A DNA stretch of 64,000 nt from Thermoplasmata archaeon (GTDB lineage Archaea; Thermoplasmatota; SW-10-69-26; JACQPN01; JAJPHT01), in NCBI GenBank assembly GCA_034667685.1, contig JAXDQU010000079.1:44107-108106 (forward strand), read 5' to 3'. The position numbers and the translations under genes were made by a program. Shown one piece after another: positions 8,684 through 17,534 of this stretch (position 1 is its first letter; every line of letters starts with the position of its first letter). The notes below the pieces were generated by a model. It was not told the origin of the DNA. It saw nothing but the letters and a program-made list of their open reading frames with translations, and ran no database searches.

Positions 8684-9694
8684 GTGCGAAGGCTTCTGGC
8701 GGCGACGATCGCCCTCGTGGCGCTGGCGGGGTGCCTCACGGCCCCGACCGTCCAGACGGCCCGCGTCGCGCCCCCCGCGCTCCCGGCCTGGCACGAGGCG
8801 ACGCGCCTGCTCGACCTGCCCGCGGGCGACTCGTTCGGCGCCTTGCTCGTCACGTTCGACGCGGGCGACGTGGGCAAGCCGTTCGGCGCGCCCGCCTACG
8901 GGCTCGCGTTCGAGCGCCCCACGATGGGCGACCAGGATTTCATTGAGGCCGACCTCTTCGGCGTCAAGGACGGAAACGCGACGTGGATCGTGACCGGATC
9001 GAGCTTCGGCCATGGCGTCACCGCGCTGAGCCTCCCTCCCCTCGCGGGCGGCGGCCCGCCCACGGCGCTCTTCGTCCTCTTCGCGCACCTGGCCCACGCC
9101 ACGACGCTGCGCGCCGGCGCGTGGACCACGAGCGAGTTCCCGCCGACGCTGCCCAACGCGACCGTCGCCGGCGCATGGACGCGCGCCGGCCCCGCGCAGG
9201 TCTCGTACTTCGTGTCGGGGTATCGCGGCACCGCGTTCTTTTCCGAGAGCCACGACGTCACGCAGTCCGGCACGGGGACAGGCCCGACCGCGCCGCTCTC
9301 CGCGGGCGCGTTCTCCCTCGCCACGCGCCACGCGGCGGGCGGCTTGAGCCTGTCCACCGGCATGGTCCGCCCCACGGCGGGTGCCGGCACCGCGGACGTC
9401 TCGTGGACCTCCGGGGGCAAGACGCAGCGCGGCGCCGCGCCCTTCGCCACCACGCCCGCCGGAGGCCAGATCGCGGACTTCCTCGCGGCGGGCGCCTCGC
9501 CGGACGCGTCGGCCGCGGAGCTCGACCTCACCGGGGCGAGCGCCCTGGACACCGTCATCCTGACGCACGTCACCGGCGACTTCGATGCGGCCGAGCTGGG
9601 CATCGCGGTGACGCCCCAGTACCGCGGACCGGCTTCTCTCCTCGCGACAGGTGCGTGCCTGCGGGCCAGCCCGGCCGCGGCGTGCGAGACCTAG
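8684..9694 (+). CDS. Hypothetical lipoprotein
   Basis: Signal peptide with LAGC lipobox. Confidence 0.7.
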   Translation: MRRLLAATIALVALAGCLTAPTVQTARVAPPALPAWHEATRLLDLPAGDSFGALLVTFDAGDVGKPFGAPAYGLAFERPTMGDQDFIEADLFGVKDGNATWIVTGSSFGHGVTALSLPPLAGGGPPTALFVLFAHLAHATTLRAGAWTTSEFPPTLPNATVAGAWTRAGPAQVSYFVSGYRGTAFFSESHDVTQSGTGTGPTAPLSAGAFSLATRHAAGGLSLSTGMVRPTAGAGTADVSWTSGGKTQRGAAPFATTPAGGQIADFLAAGASPDASAAELDLTGASALDTVILTHVTGDFDAAELGIAVTPQYRGPASLLATGACLRASPAAACET

Positions 9695-9745
9695 GCGACC
9701 CCTGCGCCCGAAAGGCTCTTGGCGGGGTCCCGCCTCGGCAGAAGC

Positions 9746-10651
9746 ATGACCGCCTCCGGCCTCTCGAAGCCGCGCTGGCTGCTGCGTCCCCTGCCCAGCG
9801 GGCCGAAGGTCGCGCAGATCCAGGGCCTTCTTGCGGAGCACGGCCTGCACACGGTGTGCGAGGAGGCGCGCTGCCCCAATCGCGGCGAGTGCTGGAGCCA
9901 GGGCGAGGCGACGCTCATGATCCTGGGCGACACGTGCACGCGCGCGTGCCGTTTCTGCGACGTGGCGACGGCGACGAAGGGGCAGATCCTTCCGATCGAT
10001 CCGCTGGAGCCCGCGAAGGTGGCGAACACGGTCAAGACGCTCGGGCTGACGTACGCCGTCATCACGAGCGTGGACCGCGACGAGCTGGAGGATCAGGGCG
10101 CGGACCACTGGGCGCGCACGATCCAGGCGATCCGCTTCCTCTGCCCCGAGACGGTGATCGACGTCCTTCTCCCCGATTTCCGCGGCGATCGCGCGCTGAT
10201 CCGGAAGGTCGTCGACGCGAAGCCCCACGTGCTCGCGCACAACGTCGAGACCGTGGAGCGCCTGCAGGACAAGGTGCGCGACCACCGCGCGAGCTATCAG
10301 CAGACGCTCGACGTGCTGCGCGCGTTCAAGGAGATGAGCCCGCGCACGCCCACCAAGAGCGGCGTCATGGCGGGGCACGGCGAGACGCGCGAGGAAATGA
10401 TCTCGACGCTGCGCGACCTCCGGGCGGCGGGCGTCGACTTCGTCACCATCGGCCAGTACCTGCGGCCCAGCGAGTGGCACCTCAAGGTCGAGGAGTTCGT
10501 CCACCCCAACGACTTCGTGGCCTACGAGCAGGCCGCCTGGAGCATGGGGTTCAAGCACGTCGTCGCGGGGCCCTTCGTGCGCTCCAGCTACCGCGCGTGG
10601 GAAGTCGAGAAGATCGTGCGCGACGCGCATGGCGCCAGCAAGAACCCTTAA
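9746..10651 (+). CDS. lipA: Lipoyl synthase
   Basis: CEEARCPNRGEC, CTRACRFC, VRSSY. Confidence 0.96.
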   Translation: MTASGLSKPRWLLRPLPSGPKVAQIQGLLAEHGLHTVCEEARCPNRGECWSQGEATLMILGDTCTRACRFCDVATATKGQILPIDPLEPAKVANTVKTLGLTYAVITSVDRDELEDQGADHWARTIQAIRFLCPETVIDVLLPDFRGDRALIRKVVDAKPHVLAHNVETVERLQDKVRDHRASYQQTLDVLRAFKEMSPRTPTKSGVMAGHGETREEMISTLRDLRAAGVDFVTIGQYLRPSEWHLKVEEFVHPNDFVAYEQAAWSMGFKHVVAGPFVRSSYRAWEVEKIVRDAHGASKNP

Positions 10652-10676
10652 GGAATCCTGCCTCGCGTGCGCGCGC

Positions 10677-12257
10677 ATGAAGGGCACCTCTGCCGCGCTC
10701 CTCCTCGTCGCCATGATGCTGGGCGCCGGCTGCCTCGCCTCCACCGAGACGCCCGCCTCGACCTCCGCCGCCGCGGGCGTCGGCGCCACCGTGAAGACGG
10801 CCGCCGCGCTCGCCTTCACCGCGGGCGACAACCTCTCCGGCGCGCCCATCGCGGGCGTCGTGCCGGCGACGCTCTACATCAAGCACGACGGGGGCGAGCC
10901 CACCCTCGGCATCACGAAGGACGGCACGCTCTTCTACGCGGGCGCCACGTTCAAGAACGATATCGCGGGCCAGGACGTCTGCGCCAGCCAGCCCGTCGTG
11001 GGCGCGCCGGCGTGCCTGCCGCGCACCGACATCCTGCGCAGCAGCGACGGGGGGAAGACCTGGAAGGACGTCACGCCCTACCTGCCCGGCGGCCTCGTGC
11101 GCGAGCACCCCGACACGGGCGATCCGTACGTCTACGTCGACCCCGCGACCTCGCGCGTCTTCGACATCGACCAGCGCCTCTCGACCACGTGCCACACGGT
11201 CACGTACAGCGACGACAAGGGCGACTCGTGGGACCCGGTGGACGCGAAGGCGTGCCAGTCGCCGCCCGCGGACCACCAGACGATCGTGGCCGCCAAGCCC
11301 CGCCTGATCCCGGCGATGCCCGTCTACCCCGAGATCGTCTACTACTGCAACAACCAGATCGCCGCGTCCTCGTGCGCGCGCAGCCTGGATGGCGGCCAGA
11401 CGTTCACCGCGACGCCGCCCCCCTTCCTGGGCGTCGAGAGCGACACGAGCGTCGCCCCCAACATGACGGACCCGACCAACCCCGATATCAACAACCTCTG
11501 CGGCGGCCTGCACGGCCACCTGAAGGCGGCGCCCGACGGCACGGTCTACCTGCCCAAGGCGCAGTGCGGCCGCGCGATGGTCGCCGTCACGCAGGACGAC
11601 GGCACCTCGTGGACGGCGCAGACCGTCAGCGACATGCCCGCCACGGGCGACCCGAGCGTCGCGGTCGACAAGGCCGGCACGGCGTACTACCTCTTCCTGG
11701 GCGCGAAGGACCTCCACGTCTACCTGGCGAGCAGCAAGGACGCGGGCGCCCACTGGACGAAGCCCGTGGACGTGACCGCGCCGGGCATCGCGATCGCCAA
11801 CCTGCCGCAGATCACGGCCGGCGATGCGGGCCGCGTGGCGCTGGCCTACGTGGGCACGACGACCAAGGACGCCTACAAGATCCCCGACAACGACACGAGC
11901 GCGCTCAACAACGAGACGTGGGACGGCTACCTCTCCATCATCACGGGCGCCGACACCGCGAAGCCCGGCGTCGTCACCACGCGCGTGAACGACGCGGGCG
12001 ACCCGCTCGTGCGCGGTCCGTGCGGGCCCGGCCGCTGCCGCAGCCTCTTCGACTTCCTCGACGTGCAGATGGACGCCGACGGCCGCCCGTGGGTCGCCAT
12101 GGTCGACAACTGCATGGACAACTGCAGCAAGGCCGACGGCACCGCGAAGGAGAGCACCGCGTCGGCGGGCTTCGTGGCGACGCTCGCCGAGGGCCCGGGC
12201 CTCCTGGCCAACGAGATCGCGCTGCCGCCGATCCACGCCGCTGGGAAATCGGGCTGA
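10677..12257 (+). CDS. BNR/Asp-box sialidase-like beta-propeller lipoprotein (paralog 1)
   Basis: GAGC lipobox; repeated SxDGGxTW boxes. Confidence 0.85.
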   Translation: MKGTSAALLLVAMMLGAGCLASTETPASTSAAAGVGATVKTAAALAFTAGDNLSGAPIAGVVPATLYIKHDGGEPTLGITKDGTLFYAGATFKNDIAGQDVCASQPVVGAPACLPRTDILRSSDGGKTWKDVTPYLPGGLVREHPDTGDPYVYVDPATSRVFDIDQRLSTTCHTVTYSDDKGDSWDPVDAKACQSPPADHQTIVAAKPRLIPAMPVYPEIVYYCNNQIAASSCARSLDGGQTFTATPPPFLGVESDTSVAPNMTDPTNPDINNLCGGLHGHLKAAPDGTVYLPKAQCGRAMVAVTQDDGTSWTAQTVSDMPATGDPSVAVDKAGTAYYLFLGAKDLHVYLASSKDAGAHWTKPVDVTAPGIAIANLPQITAGDAGRVALAYVGTTTKDAYKIPDNDTSALNNETWDGYLSIITGADTAKPGVVTTRVNDAGDPLVRGPCGPGRCRSLFDFLDVQMDADGRPWVAMVDNCMDNCSKADGTAKESTASAGFVATLAEGPGLLANEIALPPIHAAGKSG

Positions 12258-12272
12258 CGCTGCGCGGCTTGT

Positions 12273-12348
12273 CCCGTGGCGCCCGAGGGACCCGAGGCGC
12301 CCGAGGCCTCCAAACCACGGGTGCCACGGGCGCCTCGGGTCCCACGGG
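12273..12348. repeat. Periodic palindrome of CCCGAGGCG-like 9-mers
   Basis: CCCG(A/T)GG units followed by CC(A/T)CGGG units. Confidence 0.75.
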
Positions 12349-12409
12349 CGTGGCCCGCCGCAGGCGCCGGCACGAAAGCGCCAAATCCCCGCGGCCGGAT
12401 CGCCCCGGC

Positions 12410-13456
12410 ATGCAGGGCGCCCCGACGCGGAGCTTCGCGAGCGACAACAACAGCGGCGTGCACCCGCGCGTCATGCAGGCGCTGGCCGAGGCCAACCGCG
12501 ACCACGTGCTGGCGTACGGCGACGACGCCTGGACGCAGCGCGCCGAGGCGAAGCTGCGCGAGGCGTTCGGGGCCGACGCGCGCGCCTTCTTCGTGTTCAA
12601 CGGCACGGGCGCCAACGTGCTCGGCCTGGCCGCGATGATGCGTCCGTGGGAGTGCGTGCTCACGACCGAGTGGGCGCACCTGGCGAGCGACGAGTGCGCG
12701 GCGCCCGAGAAGTTCCTGGGCAGCAAGGTCGTCACGATCCGCGCGCCGGAGGGCAAGCTCACGCCCGAGTCGGTGAAGCCGTTCGTGAAGGGGATCGGCG
12801 ACCAGCACCACGCGCAGCCGCGCGTCATCTCGATCACGCAGAGCACCGAGCTTGGCACCGTGTACCGCCCCGAGGAGATCCGCGCGCTGGCCGACTTCGC
12901 GCACCAGCGCCAGATGTACCTTCACGTGGATGGGGCGCGGCTCGCCAACGCCGCCGCCGCGCTGGGCGTGCCGCTGCGCGCGATCACGACCGACGCGGGC
13001 GTGGACGTGCTCTCGTTGGGCGGCACGAAGAACGGTCTCATGTTCGGCGAGGCCGTCGTCGCGCTCCGCCCCGAGCTGGCCAAGGACATGCGGTTCCTGC
13101 GCAAGCAGGGCATGCAGCTCGCCAGCAAGATGCGCTTCGTCTCCGCGCAGTTCGAGGCGCTCCTCACCGACGACCTGTGGCGGGAGAGCGCGGGGCACGC
13201 GAACCGCATGGCGCGGCTCCTGGCCGACGAGGCGTCTCGCGTGCCCGGCGTCAAGCTCGCGCGCCCGTGCGAAGCCAACGCCGTCTTCCCGATCCTGCCG
13301 AAGCCGGCGGCCGACGCGCTGCTGCGCGACTGGCTCTTCTACCCGTGGAACGAGGCGACCGGCGAGTACCGCTGGGTGTGCAGCTTCGACACGACCGAGG
13401 ACGACGTGAAGCGCTTCGTCTCCGCGCTGCGCGACGCCATGACGAAGCACCGTTGA
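12410..13456 (+). CDS. ltaE: Low-specificity L-threonine aldolase
   Basis: FASDNNSG, NGTGANVL, HVDGARLANA, GGTKNG. Confidence 0.92.
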   Translation: MQGAPTRSFASDNNSGVHPRVMQALAEANRDHVLAYGDDAWTQRAEAKLREAFGADARAFFVFNGTGANVLGLAAMMRPWECVLTTEWAHLASDECAAPEKFLGSKVVTIRAPEGKLTPESVKPFVKGIGDQHHAQPRVISITQSTELGTVYRPEEIRALADFAHQRQMYLHVDGARLANAAAALGVPLRAITTDAGVDVLSLGGTKNGLMFGEAVVALRPELAKDMRFLRKQGMQLASKMRFVSAQFEALLTDDLWRESAGHANRMARLLADEASRVPGVKLARPCEANAVFPILPKPAADALLRDWLFYPWNEATGEYRWVCSFDTTEDDVKRFVSALRDAMTKHR

Positions 13457-13477
13457 GGACGCTGGCGCTTCGCGCCG

Positions 13478-13539
13478 AGGGAAGACGGGAAGACGGGAAG
13501 ACGTTGGAACGAATGTCTTCCCGTCTTCCTGTCTTCCCT
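13478..13539. repeat. Periodic palindrome (GGGAAGAC)x3 / (GTCTTCCY)x3
   Basis: Read directly from sequence. Confidence 0.85.
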
Positions 13540-13601
13540 GCTCCGCCGGAGGCGGCCCGCACTACAAGAAACGCTAAGAGCCCGGCGCGGGTGCGAAACG
13601 C

Positions 13602-15164
13602 ATGCGTCTCGGCGCCCTCGCGCTCCTCTCCATGCTCCTCGCGGCCGGCTGCGTCACGTCGAACGCGCCGGGCGCCACGACCCAGCCTCCCGGCGCGGTG
13701 GGCGCCACCTTCGCCACGGCCGACGCCATCGTGCACGTCGCGGGCGACAACGCCTCGGGCCGCCTCGCCTCGGGCATCCTGCCCGCGAGCTTCCTCGTGA
13801 ACCACGACGCCGGCGAGCCGACGCTGGGCGTGGCCAAGGACGGCGCGCTCTACTACGCGGCCGTCACGTTCCAGAACGACGTCGCCGGCCAGCCCGCGTG
13901 CGCCCCCGAGACGCCCATCAGCGGCGGCACGTGCCTGCCGCGCACGGACATCCTCAAGTCGGTCGACGGCGGCAAGACGTGGAAGGACGTCACGCCCTAC
14001 TTCCCCGGCGGCGCGGTGCGCATGCACCCCGAGACGGGCGACGGCTACGTCTACGTCGACGCGGAGACGGGCCGCATCTTCGACGTCGACCAGGAGGGCC
14101 TCGTCACGTGCTACAACCTCGCGTACAGCGACGACGGGGGCGCCTCGTGGATGGGCGACTTCCCCGCGTGCCAGTCGCCGCCCGCGGACCACCAGACGAT
14201 CGTCGCCGCCAAGCCGCGCCTGCTGCCCGCGAGCCCCGCCTACCCGAAGATCGTCTACGTCTGCTACAACCAGATCGCCACCTCGACGTGCGTGCGCAGC
14301 GTGGACGGCGGCGTCAACTTCGCCACGACGGGCCCCGTGGGCGACGCGGGCGCCGACCCGAGCCAGGGCGCCGGCACGAAGGCCGTGTGCAGCGCGCTCG
14401 TGGGGCACCTCAAGGCCGCGCCCGACGGCACGGTCTATCTTCCGCGCCGCCAGTGCGACCTCCCCGAGGTCGCCGTGACGCAGGACGACGGCACCACGTG
14501 GAGCCTCGTCCAGGTCTCCGACGTCAAGACGTACTACGGCGGCGGCACCGTGGGCATGGACCCCGCGGTGGCCGTGGACGCCAAGGGGACGGCGTACTAC
14601 GTCTTCGAGGGCGCGGACGGCCACATGTGGCTCTCGCACAGCAAGGACGCCGGCAAGACGTGGAGCAAGGCGCAGGACGTGACGGGCCCCGGCCTCACGG
14701 TCGCCAACCTCGCGGCGCTCACCGCAGGCGATGCCGGCCGCGTGGCGCTCACCTACGTCGCGTCCAACGTGCCGGGCGGCTACGCGGCCAAGCAGGAGGC
14801 GATGGACAACGCGACTTGGGACGGATTCCTCAGCGTCATCGTCGGCGCGGACACCGACAAGCCCACGCTCACCACCGTGCGCATCAACCCGGGTGACGAC
14901 CCGCTGGTGCGCGGCGCGTGCGGGCCGGGCCGCTGCAAGAACCCGGGCCTCGTGGACTTCCTCGACGTGCAGATGGACCCGCGCGACGGCCGCCCCTGGG
15001 CGAGCTTCGTGGACAACTGCGTCGAGAAGTGCGCCATGCCCAACGGCACGGCCAAGGACTCGACGGGCGACAAGGGCTTCGTGGCGACCCTGGCGAGCGG
15101 GCCTTCGCTCCTGGAGAAGGTCGGGACGCTCGGGCCGATCCTGCCGGCTTCGAAGAGCGGCTGA
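13602..15164 (+). CDS. BNR/Asp-box sialidase-like lipoprotein (paralog 2)
   Basis: AAGC lipobox; long identical blocks with 10677-12257 (CLPRTDIL, ACQSPPADHQTIVAAKPRL, CGPGRC). Confidence 0.85.
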   Translation: MRLGALALLSMLLAAGCVTSNAPGATTQPPGAVGATFATADAIVHVAGDNASGRLASGILPASFLVNHDAGEPTLGVAKDGALYYAAVTFQNDVAGQPACAPETPISGGTCLPRTDILKSVDGGKTWKDVTPYFPGGAVRMHPETGDGYVYVDAETGRIFDVDQEGLVTCYNLAYSDDGGASWMGDFPACQSPPADHQTIVAAKPRLLPASPAYPKIVYVCYNQIATSTCVRSVDGGVNFATTGPVGDAGADPSQGAGTKAVCSALVGHLKAAPDGTVYLPRRQCDLPEVAVTQDDGTTWSLVQVSDVKTYYGGGTVGMDPAVAVDAKGTAYYVFEGADGHMWLSHSKDAGKTWSKAQDVTGPGLTVANLAALTAGDAGRVALTYVASNVPGGYAAKQEAMDNATWDGFLSVIVGADTDKPTLTTVRINPGDDPLVRGACGPGRCKNPGLVDFLDVQMDPRDGRPWASFVDNCVEKCAMPNGTAKDSTGDKGFVATLASGPSLLEKVGTLGPILPASKSG

Positions 15165-15175
15165 GCGCCCCCGTT

Positions 15176-15267
15176 GGCTCCGCATGCGGAGACGCGGAGA
15201 GCGCGGAGGCCGCGGAGGTTGAAGGCACCGCGGTCACCGCGTCCTCCGCGCCTCCGCATGCGGAGCC
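15176..15267. repeat. Periodic palindrome with CTCCGCATGCGGAG ends and CGCGGAG units
   Basis: Same family as 32821-32912. Confidence 0.85.
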
Positions 15268-15319
15268 CGTCGAGGCGCCAAAAGAGCCTTAGCGGAAGCC
15301 CAGCCTGGCGCGGCGTAGC

Positions 15320-16012
15320 ATGAGCCGCAAGTGGCTGCGCGAGCGCAGCAAGGACTTCTGGTACAAGCTCGCCAAGAAGGAAGGGTGGCGCACCCGCGCG
15401 AGCTTCAAGCTCATGCAGATCGACGAGAAGTTCGACCTCTTCTTCGAGGGCGCGCGCGTCGTCGACCTGGGCGCGGCGCCGGGCGGCTGGAGCCAGGTCG
15501 CGGTGGAGCTGGTCGGCCCCGAGGGCAAGGTCGTGGGCGTGGACCTCGACCGCATCGAGCCCATGGAGGGCGTCACGTTCCTGCGCGGCGACATGACGCA
15601 GCCGGACACGGTGGCGCGCACCATGGAAGCGTGCGGCGGGGTCGCCGACGTCGTGATCAGCGACATGAGCCCCAACATCAGCGGCGCGTACGCCACCGAC
15701 CACGCGCGCTCGATCCACCTCTGCGAGATGGCGCTCGACTTCGCGGGCAAGGTGCTCGTGCGCGACGGCGCGTTCGTCTGCAAGGTGTTCGAGGGCGACA
15801 TGTTCCATCCGTTCCTGGAGCAGGTGCGCGCGCAGTTCCGCGACGTGAAGGTCGCCAACCCCGCCGCCAGCCGCGCCGCGAGCAGCGAGGTCTACGTCGT
15901 CGCGCAGGGCTTCAAGGGGCCGGGCAGGTACCCGCCGCTCGCGAAGCCCGCCGAGTGGGAAGAGGGCGACGAGCTGCCGGCCTCGCGGAAGGAGCGCAAG
16001 GCGCGCGGCTGA
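15320..16012 (+). CDS. rlmE: 23S rRNA Um2552 methyltransferase RlmE/FtsJ
   Basis: RASFKL, VDLGAAPGGWSQV, SDMSPNISG, KVFEG, SSEVY. Confidence 0.95.
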   Translation: MSRKWLRERSKDFWYKLAKKEGWRTRASFKLMQIDEKFDLFFEGARVVDLGAAPGGWSQVAVELVGPEGKVVGVDLDRIEPMEGVTFLRGDMTQPDTVARTMEACGGVADVVISDMSPNISGAYATDHARSIHLCEMALDFAGKVLVRDGAFVCKVFEGDMFHPFLEQVRAQFRDVKVANPAASRAASSEVYVVAQGFKGPGRYPPLAKPAEWEEGDELPASRKERKARG

Positions 16013-16060
16013 GGCTGCGGCGCCGGCAGGATCATCCGCGCCGCGACGCTCGGCGCGGTC

Positions 16061-16642
16061 ATGCTCGTTCCCGCCACGACGCCCCTCGCCATCGCCACGT
16101 CGATCCTCGCGCTCGTCGCGGGGCTCGTGCTCACCTTCTCGGGCTATCGGCTCGCGCGCAGCCTCGCGACGATCGCGGGCTTCATCACCGGCTTCGTCAT
16201 CGGCCTCGGCCTGGGCGCCGCGCTGGCGGGCCCCGTGGGCGCGCTGGTCGGCGCCATCGTGCTGGGCATCGCGCTGGCGCTCCTCTTCCGGTTCGCGTTC
16301 CGCTTCGCGGGCGCGGTCGTGGGCGCGCTGGCGGGCATGTCCGTCGCGGCGAACCTGGGCTGGCCGATCTGGGCGCTCGTCGTGGCCGCCATCGTGGGCG
16401 GCGTCGCGGGCCTCCTGCTCAACAAGATCGCCATCGTGACGTTCACCGCGCTCGTGGGCGCGTCGCTCGCCGTCAAGGCGGGCGCCGAGCTGCTCTACGG
16501 CCTGACGCCGTACTACCTGAAGATGGAGGTGCTGGGGCTCCTCCTCGCCACGATCGTGCTCGCGTCGGCGGGCATCCTCTCGCAGATGCGCAGCCTGCGC
16601 GGCGAGGACGAGGCGCCCGGGGTCCGCGGCAGCGCGAGCTAA
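16061..16642 (+). CDS. DUF4203/TM7S3-like membrane protein
   Basis: FSGYRL...GFITG, Gly-rich TM helices. Confidence 0.7.
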   Translation: MLVPATTPLAIATSILALVAGLVLTFSGYRLARSLATIAGFITGFVIGLGLGAALAGPVGALVGAIVLGIALALLFRFAFRFAGAVVGALAGMSVAANLGWPIWALVVAAIVGGVAGLLLNKIAIVTFTALVGASLAVKAGAELLYGLTPYYLKMEVLGLLLATIVLASAGILSQMRSLRGEDEAPGVRGSAS

Positions 16643-16675
16643 GCCTCAAGCCCCGTCGCCTGCTCGCCCGCGAGC

Positions 16676-17503
16676 ATGCAGGTCGTGCGCATCGCCCACA
16701 GCCCTGACCCGGACGACGCCTTCATGGCGTGGGCGCTGCACGCGGGCGTCGTGCGCGACCCGGAGCTGCGCGTCGAGCTCGTGCCCCTCGACATCGAGAC
16801 GGCCAACCAGATGGCGCTCCGCGGCGAAGGCCCTGAGGCGACGGCGCTCTCGATGGCGACGTTCGCCCGTGTCGCGGACCGCTACTGGCTGCTGCCGCAC
16901 GGCGCGTCGTTCGGCGAGGGCTACGGGCCGATCGTCGTCGCGCGCAAGGAGGTCGATCTCCGCGAGGTCGAGATCGCGGCGCCCGGCGCGGGCACGACGG
17001 CCTACGCGACACTCCGCATGGCGCTCCCGCGGGCCCGCTGCCGCCAGATGCCCTTCGACGCGATCCTGCCCGCCGTCCAGCGCGGCGAGGCCGAGGCGGG
17101 CCTGCTCATCCACGAGGGGCAGCTCACCTGGCAGCGCGAGGGCGTCGTGAAGCTGCTGGACCTCGGCGTCTGGTGGAAGGAGGAGACCGGCCTGCCGCTT
17201 CCCCTGGGTGTCACCGCGATCCGCAAGGACGTGGGCCCCGCGCTCGCCGCGCGCGTCGACGCGCTCATGCGCGCCAGCATCGAGGCGGGCCTCGCGCGCC
17301 GCGCCGAGGCGCTCGCCTACGCGCGCGGGTTCGGGCGCGGCATCCCCCTGGAGGACGCCGATCGCTTCGTCGCGATGTACGTGAACGACCTGACGCGCGA
17401 CATGCGCCCGCGTGGCCTCGCCGGTGTGCACGAGTGGGTCCGGCGCGCCGCGGAGGCGGGCATCGTGCCGCGCGCGGACGTCCACATGGCGCCATCTCCA
17501 TAA
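16676..17503 (+). CDS. mqnD: 1,4-dihydroxy-6-naphthoate synthase (futalosine pathway)
   Basis: IAHSPDPDDAFM, GASFGEGYGP, LIHEGQLT, LPLPLG, MYVN. Confidence 0.88.
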   Translation: MQVVRIAHSPDPDDAFMAWALHAGVVRDPELRVELVPLDIETANQMALRGEGPEATALSMATFARVADRYWLLPHGASFGEGYGPIVVARKEVDLREVEIAAPGAGTTAYATLRMALPRARCRQMPFDAILPAVQRGEAEAGLLIHEGQLTWQREGVVKLLDLGVWWKEETGLPLPLGVTAIRKDVGPALAARVDALMRASIEAGLARRAEALAYARGFGRGIPLEDADRFVAMYVNDLTRDMRPRGLAGVHEWVRRAAEAGIVPRADVHMAPSP

Positions 17504-17534
17504 TCTTCATGAGCGAGCCTCCCGAGTCCGCCGC

